Shown here: positions 1 to 8,805 of the stretch, in pieces
Layout of the letters: each line of letters starts with the position of its first letter
Position numbering within the stretch: the stretch's first letter is position 1
IMG/VR virus record: IMGVR_UViG_2541047849_000007
Length of the DNA: 32,016 nucleotides
Source: a virus
Taxonomy: Duplodnaviria; Heunggongvirae; Uroviricota; Caudoviricetes
Strand: one strand, 5' to 3'
The notes under the pieces: model-generated
The model's database searches: none
What the model saw: the letters and a program-made list of their open reading frames with translations, nothing else
Told to the model about the DNA's origin: nothing
Position numbers and translations under genes: made by a program

Positions 1-633
1 TCATTCATCGTTCGTTGCACGAACGCGCCTGATCTCCACTCTGGCAATCTGATCTGCTGGAATATAGGTTGCCAGAGCTCCCCAGTACTTATCAACCACG
101 CCTTTATACTCTTCCCATTCGTTACTGCCTGAAGGGCTGCTGTGCGTGACGTAAAGAACCATATCGCCTTTATTCCCCAGGGTAAACGGACCGTTAGGCC
201 ACTCTTCAAAGTTCCCTGGCAGCCGTGACATCATACCGGAACCATCGCGAAGAATCACTCTGACCTCGGTAACGCTGAAGCCTGTTTGATCAAACATTGC
301 CTGCCATGCTGAGCTGGTATCGTCAGACCATGAAATATCATTATTCCACAGTAATCTGTACATCCATTTGCGACCGTACCTGCGCCACCACGCACCGCAT
401 GTAACGGCACACAGAAGTGCTGGTGGTGTTGCCAGCCAGGCATTCAGACCTGCCCACATAACAGCCTGGTAAGCCATCATTGCTGTCAGGCCAAAAATCA
501 GCGAAGAAAAAGTCACCTCAATGGGCTTGTGGTGATCCTTCAGTCCCACATTCGCAATAAAATACCCAATATAGCCACTGGTCAGGGTCACCAGTGTTGC
601 CCATGGCAGATTTAACAACGAAACGTCAAACAT
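1..633 (-). CDS. Membrane protein of unknown function (N-terminal TM helices plus soluble C-terminal domain)
   Basis: Track ORF 1..711(-). Preferred start is ATG at 631-633 with GGGAGA RBS about 5 nt upstream; stop at 1-3. Hydrophobic segments LPWATLVTLTSGYIGYFIANVGL, VTFSSLIFGLTAMMAYQAVMWAGL, AWLATPPALLCAVTCGAWW. No family recognised. Confidence 0.55.
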   Translation of the reverse strand: MFDVSLLNLPWATLVTLTSGYIGYFIANVGLKDHHKPIEVTFSSLIFGLTAMMAYQAVMWAGLNAWLATPPALLCAVTCGAWWRRYGRKWMYRLLWNNDISWSDDTSSAWQAMFDQTGFSVTEVRVILRDGSGMMSRLPGNFEEWPNGPFTLGNKGDMVLYVTHSSPSGSNEWEEYKGVVDKYWGALATYIPADQIARVEIRRVRATNDE

Positions 634-670
634 ATTTTCTCCCTGCATCCTGAATACTAAAGAGAGAGCA

Positions 671-707
671 TAAAAAAAGCACGGTAAGGGGTCTACCGTG
701 CTTTTAT
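671..707 (-). terminator. Rho-independent terminator downstream of mor-like gene (bidirectional hairpin)
   Basis: Perfect 9-bp inverted repeat AGCACGGTA / TACCGTGCT with 7-nt loop. Flanked by A7 on plus strand (U7 after the hairpin on the minus-strand transcript) and by TTTTA on the plus side. Confidence 0.55.
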
Positions 708-747
708 ACAATAAGGAGATTTTTGAAAGGACTTTAACAAGCAGGAA

Positions 748-1146
748 TTATCTGGATTTGTTAACGTCTTTCGTCTCCTCTGGCAGATCTTCATCAAACA
801 ACCTGCCCTGCATCCGATCCAGTTCTTCTTTTCTGACCCGCTTAACCACGCTGTAGACCCACTGAAGCGAAACACCAAACTTGCGGGCCAGTTCGTGGTG
901 GTTGCGTCCGTTAAACTCCCTGAAGATTTCCCGGTCGCGCTGACTGACCTTCCATACCATGCCCATCGGGAAATAAACGTTTTGCCCGCCCCAGACCTGC
1001 ATCATTCGGTTCGCGACGGCCTGACCAATCTGGTCGGCAATTGCGGGCTCAATATCAATAATCTCGCGAACGGTCTCAGAGGTATGCTGTGCCAGCTCCA
1101 CCAGGAGTTCCGGCCCTTTACTTCGAAACTGATTCAGGTCGCTCAT
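748..1146 (-). CDS. mor: Mor/C-family transcriptional activator (Mu middle/late activator family)
   Basis: 132 aa. C-terminal FREFNGRNHHELARKFGVSLQWVYSVVKR matches the Mor/C HTH region as I remember it. ATG at 1144-1146 with GGGAG RBS. Lies directly downstream of the GemA-like gene as in Mu. Confidence 0.7.
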   Translation of the reverse strand: MSDLNQFRSKGPELLVELAQHTSETVREIIDIEPAIADQIGQAVANRMMQVWGGQNVYFPMGMVWKVSQRDREIFREFNGRNHHELARKFGVSLQWVYSVVKRVRKEELDRMQGRLFDEDLPEETKDVNKSR

Positions 1147-1570
1147 GTTTTACTCCCGCAGCTCTGTGCTGCCACTTCTTCAGTTTCTCAATAACACTGC
1201 TTGCCTGTTCAGTATTGAGCCAGCGCAGGGCGCTGATGCCCGTTTCCCGCTTGATCCACCGCGCTAATGCATTTTCTGAACGGTCACGAACAATGCCGGC
1301 AGCAGCCATTTCAAGCCATAGCGCACGGATTTTCCTGGACTGCGGATGGTTATCCAGCGGTAAACCGGAGCTGGCTTTTCCGGCAGGCTTAACGCGAAAG
1401 CCTTTCCTTTTCATGGATTCCAGCACGCAGTTTAGTTGTGTGGTATCCATTCCTTTGGTTGAGGCTTTACCGGTCAGCCCCTGTAACATCTGGCGATAGG
1501 TGTCTTCATCCATACCCAGTTCATTACGGGCAATATGAATGAGCTGGATAAGACGTTGTTTAGTCATCAT
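1118..1570 (-). CDS. gemA: GemA-like protein (Mu gp16 family, DUF1018)
   Basis: About 150 aa from ATG 1568-1570 (AAGGAG RBS 5 nt upstream). N-terminal KQRLIQLIHIARNELGMDEDTYRQML resembles the GemA family. Overlaps the mor start by 29 nt. Confidence 0.65.
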   Translation of the reverse strand: MMTKQRLIQLIHIARNELGMDEDTYRQMLQGLTGKASTKGMDTTQLNCVLESMKRKGFRVKPAGKASSGLPLDNHPQSRKIRALWLEMAAAGIVRDRSENALARWIKRETGISALRWLNTEQASSVIEKLKKWQHRAAGVKHERPESVSK

Positions 1571-1775
1571 CGTTGCTCCTTTTACCTGCGCCACCGATAT
1601 AATCGACATATAAAGGAAGCGCCACAGGCCAGCACAGGAACATCACCGACCAGCTAATCCAGTAGCCGGCACCACTGTAACGTGAATAAAACCCTGAACG
1701 GCGGTGCAGTTCAGCAGTACACCAACCGACAAAACAATACCAGAACAGGGCACATACAACAGATTCAGCCGTCAT
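1560..1775 (-). CDS. Small hydrophobic protein (71 aa), unknown function
   Basis: Internal ATG 1773-1775 of track ORF 1560..1931, preceded by a G-rich RBS. Product is largely hydrophobic (VVCALFWYCFVGW ... WSVMFLCWPVALPLYV). Overlaps neighbouring genes on both sides. Confidence 0.35.
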   Translation of the reverse strand: MTAESVVCALFWYCFVGWCTAELHRRSGFYSRYSGAGYWISWSVMFLCWPVALPLYVDYIGGAGKRSNDDD

Positions 1776-1995
1776 TCTGAATATCCCCCCAACTGATATG
1801 AATATTACGGGCAGCAATGACAGGGTCGTTATTCCACCATGCACCTGACATGTATTTTTCAACCTGTTCGCGTCCGGCAATAACACCAATTGTGATCCCC
1901 GGCCTGACGTTCTTAAAAAAGGCGCGGGCAAAAAGGTATCTGGCAGATATTCGGCAGGCTTTTAATTTCCGGCTGTTACCTGATAGCGTAATCAT
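1765..1995 (-). CDS. Hypothetical protein (76 aa)
   Basis: ATG 1993-1995 overlaps the stop of the upstream gene (ATGA coupling); GGAGG RBS. Confidence 0.45.
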   Translation of the reverse strand: MITLSGNSRKLKACRISARYLFARAFFKNVRPGITIGVIAGREQVEKYMSGAWWNNDPVIAARNIHISWGDIQNDG

Positions 1996-2676
1996 CTGGC
2001 CTCCAGTTTCTGTTGTTCCTGCCCACTGACCGGGCGGTGCAGTCTGACGTTCTGCCCTTCACGAAACCCCGCATAGCGCGAGGCGTCGCCATTGCGGCTT
2101 CTTCCCGGTTTACGCGCCCTGGTGGTTTGCGTCTGCGGGTATTTATGTTCCAGCCACTGCTGCATCAGTTCACGCTCATCATCGGTCAGGGCAAAGGACT
2201 GTATTTCACTGATAACGGCCAGCACCCAGCCTTCGGCAAACTGGTCTCCACGGCTGGTGCGGGTGGCGGTTTTTATTCTTTTGTTCTGTGCACTGATATA
2301 CTGCTGACGCGCCTTTTTCAGCTGACGGGCCAGCACTTCCCAGGTGTATGCAGCCAGTGCCGCACGTTCCCGGTTGCCGTAGAACCCCACAGACGGATGC
2401 GTGCCGGGGTGAATGATGGAGTTAACACCAAATACCTCGCGGATGATGTTCATCAGGCCTGGCATGTAGCGCGGTGGACGGAGACTGCCTGTCGGCCAGT
2501 AGTGACTGATGGTTTCATCAATATCACTCATAGCAATGTCGGAATGTGTGATGCCGTGAACATCCATCAGTTTACGGGCTCGGCGCAGTGCCAGAGCGGC
2601 CTCGTGCGGGTTGCCGGATGCGGCCAGCGCCAGCAACTTTTTCAGTTTCTCAATGTGTTTATTCTGGTCTGTCATT
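1992..2676 (-). CDS. Hypothetical prophage protein, DUF2786-like N-terminus
   Basis: Start ATG 2674-2676 (GGAGAT RBS). N-terminal IEKLKKLLALAASGNPHEAALALRRARKLM resembles the DUF2786 signature from memory; needs HMM confirmation. Confidence 0.5.
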
Positions 2677-2887
2677 GTTCTGTATCTCCGGTATTTTTCT
2701 GCCGTTTCCATGCCCGGACAGCGTCGGACAGCTCTTTCAGGCTGTATGCTGCTTTAAGCTTTTCCCATAACCACTGTGTTGTTATGTGCATCAGCAGGGC
2801 AGCCAGGGCTGCCCCCGCACTGAGGCATGTCGCCAGGCCAGTAAGAATCAGTATCCATGCGGTGATTTCCCTGAGTATGTCAGCCAT
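2672..2887 (-). CDS. Small membrane protein (71 aa)
   Basis: ATG 2885-2887 with GGGAGG RBS. Central hydrophobic stretch AWILILTGLATCLSAGAALAALLM. Confidence 0.45.
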   Translation of the reverse strand: MADILREITAWILILTGLATCLSAGAALAALLMHITTQWLWEKLKAAYSLKELSDAVRAWKRQKNTGDTEQ

Positions 2888-2901
2888 TGAATGCCTCCCG
2901 G

Positions 2902-3198
2902 TTACTCGTTCGTGTAAATCACGCCCAGTCGTGCAGCCAGACGTTCCAGTTTTTTCTGTTTGTGGAAGTCAATCAGCCGGTCCATCCCCTGAAGGCGCAA
3001 TTGCTCTGTCATGATTTCCACGTCTGCCAGCTCTGCCGCGAGGTCGCTTTCGCTGCCCTGTCCGTTCAGATTGCGGGCAGCACTGGCCGCCAGTTCAGCG
3101 GCCTCTTCTGTCAGTTTCAGGGCCTGTGCGTCCGGCCCGAAACGCTGCAGGGCCAGACGGTAGAGGGCGGTGCGGGTGAGTATGGTGTTCCGTGTCAT
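2902..3198 (-). CDS. MazG-like all-alpha NTP pyrophosphohydrolase (putative)
   Basis: 98 aa. EExxE-type motif (LTEEAAELAAS) and a second acidic motif (AAELADVEIM) in the arrangement typical of MazG/HisE-type pyrophosphatases. ATG 3196-3198 with GAGGG RBS. Confidence 0.45.
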   Translation of the reverse strand: MTRNTILTRTALYRLALQRFGPDAQALKLTEEAAELAASAARNLNGQGSESDLAAELADVEIMTEQLRLQGMDRLIDFHKQKKLERLAARLGVIYTNE

Positions 3199-3207
3199 GC
3201 CGCGCCC

Positions 3208-3480
3208 TCAGTGCTTCCGGCTGACGGTGATGTGCAGGCCGCCTTCTGCAGTGGTTTCCATCCGGTACGGCACCTCATGCTCTGCCGTGTGGGTGAGTGT
3301 GTTCATCAGTACCTGCAGGGCAGCCGCCTTTCCGTTGGTTGCCACAATGGCCTGTGTGGTCATGCTGATTAGCGCCGTCAGGACGTGCTTCACATCGGTG
3401 AGGTCGCGGCATTCACACTCGTTGACATAGTGTTCAACAAGGGTTCGGGTGCGCTGTCGTGCTTCCTGTGGGGTAATCAT
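3208..3480 (-). CDS. Hypothetical protein (90 aa)
   Basis: ATG 3478-3480 with GGGAGG RBS; ATGA overlap with the downstream gene stop. No family recognised. Confidence 0.45.
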   Translation of the reverse strand: MITPQEARQRTRTLVEHYVNECECRDLTDVKHVLTALISMTTQAIVATNGKAAALQVLMNTLTHTAEHEVPYRMETTAEGGLHITVSRKH

Positions 3481-3671
3481 TGCGAGTCCTCCCTGTCAGG
3501 GCGGGAGAATTCCATGACGGGCACGTCTGCCGAAAAATGCTGGCTGCAGTACGGGCAGACCAGGGTGACGCGTACCGCAGGGATGTGGTATTTACCGGAC
3601 ATCACGGCGATGGCGCTGTGAAAACGCAGGGCTGTTATATCCCTCTCGCACTGAATACATTTAAATATCAT
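3477..3671 (-). CDS. Small Zn-ribbon-like protein (64 aa)
   Basis: Two CxxC pairs (CIQC ... CPYC). ATG 3669-3671 with GAGGAG RBS. Confidence 0.5.
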   Translation of the reverse strand: MIFKCIQCERDITALRFHSAIAVMSGKYHIPAVRVTLVCPYCSQHFSADVPVMEFSRPDREDSQ

Positions 3672-3768
3672 GATTTAATTCTCCTCTGTTTCCGGCGTGC
3701 AGAAGCCCGCGGCGCTGACGCCGGAATAAAAAAGAAAATGTTTTTATTAAATAATTAACGTGGTGTGT

Positions 3769-4299
3769 TTACTGCACATCCTGCTCAAAAGGAATTATTG
3801 AAAAATCCTCAATGTCGCTTTTAATGGAAATACCGGGAATATTTTTCACGGCCTCTTTTTCATTCAGGATAGCGTCTTTATTTATTTCCTCTTTTACACG
3901 AATAAAGCGCTCAAGCCCCAGACGTCTCAGTAATTCAATAACATTATCCGCCCCACGGATACTGACTGATGGCGGACGGTTTCGCCACTGCACCTCGCCG
4001 GTGGTAAGGTTAGCGAACTTCACCTTCCCGTTGCCGGTCAGTTCATCACGGTGCGCCTCACACCATGTCTGGATACCGGACTGCAGTTCGGCCATGCGTT
4101 TTTTCAGGCTCTCGGTGAGCGGGGCATAACGTGCGGTGATATCGCCAATGGCGTCATTCATTTCTGTTTCAGCCCTGACCAGTTCACGTTGTGCGTCACC
4201 GAGTAGTCTGATTCCCTCAATGACCTCTTCGCGTGTCCCTGGTACCCAGAGTGCCGCTGCGGCCTTGATACGTTTTGCCCCTTTTGTACTTTTTGCCAT
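3769..4299 (-). CDS. gam: Gam-like host-nuclease inhibitor (Mu Gam family)
   Basis: 176 aa with the size, charge pattern and coiled-coil character of Mu Gam. Sits downstream of transposition gene B as in Mu. Confidence 0.65.
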   Translation of the reverse strand: MAKSTKGAKRIKAAAALWVPGTREEVIEGIRLLGDAQRELVRAETEMNDAIGDITARYAPLTESLKKRMAELQSGIQTWCEAHRDELTGNGKVKFANLTTGEVQWRNRPPSVSIRGADNVIELLRRLGLERFIRVKEEINKDAILNEKEAVKNIPGISIKSDIEDFSIIPFEQDVQ

Positions 4300-4326
4300 A
4301 TTTTATGATTTCTCCGGTTGTGCTGA

Positions 4327-4596
4327 TTACCACAAAGATTCCGGCCACACGACGCGACAGCCGTGCAGTTCGAAAACGCCCTGACGGAAATATCCCCTGT
4401 GGTCATGTCCGGTATACAGATAACAGGCCTTTCCCTGCTCAAGCATGCGCATGCAATGCGCACTCCGGGAAACGCGGATGACAGGTTTGTTACCCCTGAT
4501 GGTGATGCTTTGTACATCCGTGTTCGTCGCCTTAAGCGCCATAATGGCTGACTGCACTTTGCTGATTTGCTGGTTGATACCTGTGGTGGATTTCAT
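4327..4596 (-). CDS. Hypothetical protein (89 aa)
   Basis: ATG 4594-4596 with AAGGAG RBS, immediately after the B stop (TAATAATG). Confidence 0.45.
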   Translation of the reverse strand: MKSTTGINQQISKVQSAIMALKATNTDVQSITIRGNKPVIRVSRSAHCMRMLEQGKACYLYTGHDHRGYFRQGVFELHGCRVVWPESLW

Positions 4597-4598
4597 TA

Positions 4599-5765
4599 TT
4601 AAACTCCTTTGACAACGTCAGCGTTGACCTGTGGAACCCCGATTTCAGCGGCCAGATTCATGGCGGCTATTACCAGGTTACTGACGGCCAGCGGATACAG
4701 CAGGCTGACCATATTTTTACGATGACTTCCCGGATTGCTCAGGCGGGCACGTATGGCATCCACTGCGCTGGCGTCCATAATGTCCGTCAGTTGTTTACCG
4801 GCCCGTTGCAGTTTGAACGTCAGAAATTCTTCAAGGTTATTGTCCAGAGGCAGAAGTTCGACCACCTCACAGCGCTGAACGACTTCACGGACTTCCATAT
4901 TGCGTTCAGACAGTTTTGTCGCCAGTTCCGGCTGGCCAATCAGCACGATGGACAGCAGTTTTTTGAAACCGGACTCCAGCTCAAAAAAGCGTTTGAGGTG
5001 TTTCAGTGTCGGAATGGGCAGACTGTGGGCCTCCTCAATCACCAGAACGTGGCTGAACCCCGCCTGGCTGCTGTCTTTCAGGACGCGATGCAACTGGCGA
5101 AAGCGGGCGTCCTGACTGCGTCTGATGCTTTCCAGTGGTGCGATGGTACTGATAATGGCTTCGGCAATAGCTGCTGCCTTCAGGGTTTTCCCTTTCACAT
5201 CGTTGTCTTCCATAGCGATGATGTATGGCTCGATAACAATTACCGGCGCATTCTCGCGGTTAATACGTTCAGTCAGGTCGCGGCGCAGCGTGGATTTACC
5301 CGCACCGGACTCACCGATGACGGCCATAAACCCACCATGACGGGCTGTCTGGTACAGCGCCTCACGCACGTAGCGAATGTCCGGGGTGGTGAACACATCA
5401 TCAGAACCCTGCATGGCTTCATCGGCGAACGGGTCACGGAAAAGACCAAACGCTTTTTTGGTTGCTGGAAATAACACCTGTTTTTTGAGTAACATATTCT
5501 CTTCCTCACTGAGGCTCGTTTTATCTGTGGTACCCGCTGTACGGGGCGTGGCCGCGCCCTGTACAGCATCAAAACTCTTCGTTGTATCAATCCCCTGACT
5601 TTCCAGCCAGGACGCAAGACGCCGGCGCACTTCTCCGGGGCTGGTGCGGGGCCACGCGTTATGATTCACAATCTGGGCCAGCGTGGCCTCAGAAACATCG
5701 ACAGCTCTCGCCGCCACCGCCTGTGGAATACGGGCCTCTTTCAGTTGCTGCTTCAGTACCAGCAT
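4599..5765 (-). CDS. AAA+ transposition ATPase / target-DNA activator (MuB/TniB-like)
   Basis: Walker A GESGAGKST and Walker B-like VLVIEEAH; N-terminal HTH-like region. Preferred start is ATG 5763-5765 (GAGGAGGG RBS 5 nt upstream) rather than the track start at 5792. Immediately downstream of the transposase. Confidence 0.8.
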   Translation of the reverse strand: MLVLKQQLKEARIPQAVAARAVDVSEATLAQIVNHNAWPRTSPGEVRRRLASWLESQGIDTTKSFDAVQGAATPRTAGTTDKTSLSEEENMLLKKQVLFPATKKAFGLFRDPFADEAMQGSDDVFTTPDIRYVREALYQTARHGGFMAVIGESGAGKSTLRRDLTERINRENAPVIVIEPYIIAMEDNDVKGKTLKAAAIAEAIISTIAPLESIRRSQDARFRQLHRVLKDSSQAGFSHVLVIEEAHSLPIPTLKHLKRFFELESGFKKLLSIVLIGQPELATKLSERNMEVREVVQRCEVVELLPLDNNLEEFLTFKLQRAGKQLTDIMDASAVDAIRARLSNPGSHRKNMVSLLYPLAVSNLVIAAMNLAAEIGVPQVNADVVKGV

Positions 5766-5775
5766 GTTTCCCTCC

Positions 5776-7545
5776 TCAGTTGCCGTTAACAATGCTGATA
5801 ACGCTGCTGCGGGCCGGCGTGGTCAGCGTGGCCATGACTTCATCCAGTGCGGCTTCCGGTACGCCGTCCGGGTACTGTGCTGTTAACTGGCGGTAATGTT
5901 CCGGCGTCCAGGTCAGGCCGTCGGCGCTGAACTTATCGCGCAGGGCTTTCGCGGCCTCCACATGAGTCATGGGACGCTGTTCAGTGCGCGGTCCGCGTAC
6001 GTCAGAGGCCTGACCACGCTTCGGTATACAGGCCGGAAGTGTGGCGTCATCAATATGTTTATACGGGTCAAGCCGCCCGCCGAACGGCAGCGCCTTCGCC
6101 TTGCGTGCGGCAGCTGCATCTGCGGCGTTGTCTGTACCGGTGACCAGCGCTTCGGTTTCTTTTGCCGCCATCTGCGCCGGGGTTTCCGGCAGGGCTTTGT
6201 AACTTTCGCCAAATACCGCCGCGCCTTCAGCAAAGCCAAACTCGTTCTTTCTGACCTCTTCGACCAGGAAGAACGTCTCGTGGCCGTCCTCACCGGTCAG
6301 AACCACCTGTGCCACATCGCTGCGCCACGGGTTACGGGTAATCATCAGTTTTTCACCGACCAGTACGCCCGGTACCGTTGATACGTCAAATTCAGTGCCC
6401 CGGAACGAGACACGAAGTTTTGGCGTGACTTTGCGGAGTTCTGGTGCCGCCACAGCCAGTTCACGACATACCTCAACGGAAGGCGCTTTTTTCAGCTGCT
6501 CAGCAGTAATCTTCAGCCAGATATCCGTGCGGGTTTTACCGTGGCGGCTGTGAACAGCCGTGGCGTTAAAGTGGCTGCGCCATTTCGCGGCCAGCGCGTT
6601 GAGTTCTTCCAGACTGTGAACCGGCCGGAACTTCAGACCCGGCTCCAGCTTGCGTTCGATAATGTCACGCGCCTTTTCCACCTGTCCGGTGGCGCGGGCG
6701 TTATGCGGCTTGTGCGCTATCAGGTCGATGCCCAGTGAGCGGCACATGTTTTTCGTCATACCCGCGGTGTTTGCCGAGCCGGGGTCGAGATAGAGTATTT
6801 TTGGCACGCCGTGCAGCACGTCTGCGCCGCCACGCTCCTGCATGGCGTTGATAAGCACAGAACACAGGTTCTCACCGGATTCCGCACCCGTCACATACTC
6901 AACGTAAATCCAGCCGCTGGCATGGTCGGTAATCTCGTAACTCCACACGCGGTCACTGGCGATACGGGCAAGGTTAGCGGGCTTGTTTTTGTAGAATTTC
7001 GCGCTGTCCATCACCTGCAGCCCTTTATGTCCATTGCTCAGGTAGTAAAGCGTGCAGAGTGAGGCGTCAATCTGCCAGACATGATTGGGGTGCAGACTGG
7101 CCACTTCGGTATGCGGTGCAGGGGCATCCAGTTGTTCCGGGTGCAGGCCATAGTTACGCAGGGCACGACTGATGGCATCTTCGGACAACGGGAAAAACTC
7201 ACCGGTGGTTTCATCTGTTCTGCCTGCGGAGATAAAGCCGTTAGCCCGCAGGGTTTCCACTGCATCCGCGATGGAATAGAGACGCTTACCGTTCTTGCGG
7301 GTGGCCTCACGTAGTGTGGCAGATATCAGCGCGGCTTCGTCGCGGGTCAGGGTGCTGCGTCCGGCATCGGCGCGTTTTTTGCGTTTATCAGTCACAGAGA
7401 CCTCCTTCAGCCTGCGCAGCAGAGTGGCGCGGGACATGCCAAGTTCAGCACAGGCAGCGTCGTATATTGCACCGCGTTTACCATGCCCCGCATTACGTGC
7501 CGCGCGGGCTGTTTCAACAAGTTTTTCAGTCAGTGCCGGGGTCAT
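5776..7545 (-). CDS. DDE transposase (Mu A-like, rve/integrase core)
   Basis: 589 aa. N-terminal HTH region, then a catalytic core with candidate DDE residues (HVWQIDAS ... LYLDPGSANT ... downstream E). ATG 7543-7545. Confidence 0.85.
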   Translation of the reverse strand: MTPALTEKLVETARAARNAGHGKRGAIYDAACAELGMSRATLLRRLKEVSVTDKRKKRADAGRSTLTRDEAALISATLREATRKNGKRLYSIADAVETLRANGFISAGRTDETTGEFFPLSEDAISRALRNYGLHPEQLDAPAPHTEVASLHPNHVWQIDASLCTLYYLSNGHKGLQVMDSAKFYKNKPANLARIASDRVWSYEITDHASGWIYVEYVTGAESGENLCSVLINAMQERGGADVLHGVPKILYLDPGSANTAGMTKNMCRSLGIDLIAHKPHNARATGQVEKARDIIERKLEPGLKFRPVHSLEELNALAAKWRSHFNATAVHSRHGKTRTDIWLKITAEQLKKAPSVEVCRELAVAAPELRKVTPKLRVSFRGTEFDVSTVPGVLVGEKLMITRNPWRSDVAQVVLTGEDGHETFFLVEEVRKNEFGFAEGAAVFGESYKALPETPAQMAAKETEALVTGTDNAADAAAARKAKALPFGGRLDPYKHIDDATLPACIPKRGQASDVRGPRTEQRPMTHVEAAKALRDKFSADGLTWTPEHYRQLTAQYPDGVPEAALDEVMATLTTPARSSVISIVNGN

Positions 7546-7560
7546 AGCTTGTCTTCCCTG

Positions 7561-7878
7561 TTATCCGATTCTGGCGGCAATTTTTCTGGCACGGTCGCGC
7601 AGGGTTTCGCCATCGCAGGTTTTCACCACGTTATTTACCGGTTGCGGCGCAACTGCCGGGCGCAATGCTGACTGATGCTGCAGACGTCTTATCTGCTGCA
7701 TCAGCATCACTTCCATCGTCAGTACAAACGGATGCGCCTCCTGTGCGGGTACGCAGATTTCACCGGAAGGTGTCACCACGCGGAAACCCTGCACCATCTC
7801 CGGCAGCAGATTACACAGTGCGTGCCCCAGTGCCTCCGGGCTGTCCATCAGGATATTTTGTGTGTTATCCGTGTTCAT
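7561..7878 (-). CDS. Hypothetical protein (105 aa)
   Basis: ATG 7876-7878 overlaps the upstream stop (TAATG). No family recognised. Confidence 0.4.
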   Translation of the reverse strand: MNTDNTQNILMDSPEALGHALCNLLPEMVQGFRVVTPSGEICVPAQEAHPFVLTMEVMLMQQIRRLQHQSALRPAVAPQPVNNVVKTCDGETLRDRARKIAARIG

Positions 7879-8795
7879 TACTGCATGCCCTCCGGTCGGT
7901 TGATTTCAGGCTCCGGTTCGGTCAGCCATGCGGGGACATCGTTACCCGATGGTGCGGCATCAAGGTCGAACGTCTCACGCAATGCATGAACACTGCGTTC
8001 AATCTGGCAGACCAGACCGGCCATGAAATCTCTGGGGGTATCAATCATGTTTTTACTGCAGTATTCACACAGGGTTTCAAAGGCACCGGAGAGCCGGACG
8101 GCGATGGCAGATTCCGCCTCAACCGCTAATGCGGTCACTTCCGCCCGCAGCTTCTTCACCTCTTCATCAGGCTCAGGCGGTTGAATACGGGATTTCTTCT
8201 CCAGTTTTGTGGCCAGTTCGTTGATTTTTTCGTCCTTTCCGGCAAGCACCTGTTGCTGAGCTGCGTTAGTTTCGCGCGCTTCACGCAGGGCCTGGCGAAG
8301 TTCACGTACTGACATGCGATCAACATCATCAAGCGTCAGGCCGGCAACTGTGCCGCCGTCGGCCAGTTCGGCAAGGTCTTCATCGTCTTCAGCAACAAGT
8401 TCAAATAATTTTGCCTTACCCAAAAGCGACAACGTTGTCGCTTTTGGCTCTAGTTTTGGTGAAAGGTATTTCAAAGATGCTTTCATCATTCGTTGTGCTG
8501 CGCGCACGTGCAAACCAAGTTGTTCTTCTACAATTCCAACAAAGTCCCCGTGTGGCTCATTTTCTTTTAAGATGATCAGCCGTTTACCCGCTTCCAGCAT
8601 AGATTCAGCACTCTGCGCCATATAAAAACGTGCTTCGTGAACGATGCGATCACGTTCATAAGGCAGTCCATCACCAAACTGCTGCATGATCTCCATGCGA
8701 TGCTGTGTCATGGCATTCAGGCTGACGTTGAGATCATCCGACAGCGGTACCTCGGCGTTCAGTTCAGTGTTAACCGGTGATTTGGTGCGTCCCAT
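7878..8795 (-). CDS. Hypothetical protein (305 aa), acidic coiled-coil C-terminal half; possibly DUF3102-like
   Basis: ATG 8793-8795 with AAGGAG RBS. Family assignment is tentative and from memory only. Confidence 0.45.
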   Translation of the reverse strand: MGRTKSPVNTELNAEVPLSDDLNVSLNAMTQHRMEIMQQFGDGLPYERDRIVHEARFYMAQSAESMLEAGKRLIILKENEPHGDFVGIVEEQLGLHVRAAQRMMKASLKYLSPKLEPKATTLSLLGKAKLFELVAEDDEDLAELADGGTVAGLTLDDVDRMSVRELRQALREARETNAAQQQVLAGKDEKINELATKLEKKSRIQPPEPDEEVKKLRAEVTALAVEAESAIAVRLSGAFETLCEYCSKNMIDTPRDFMAGLVCQIERSVHALRETFDLDAAPSGNDVPAWLTEPEPEINRPEGMQ

Positions 8796-8805
8796 TGATT
8801 ACTCC

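Noticed and set aside
2013-3014. 333-aa ORF on the plus strand
   Set aside because: Antisense to a run of coupled early genes with good RBSs. The product is Cys/Arg-rich with no recognisable domain. Shadow ORF.
4722-5474. 250-aa ORF on the plus strand
   Set aside because: Antisense within the AAA+ transposition ATPase gene; no start context. Shadow ORF.
5776-7545. Insertion sequence
   Set aside because: The DDE transposase is embedded in a phage early operon with ner, the B ATPase, gam and mor homologues and has no flanking inverted repeats in the window. It is the phage's replicative transposase, not a stand-alone IS.
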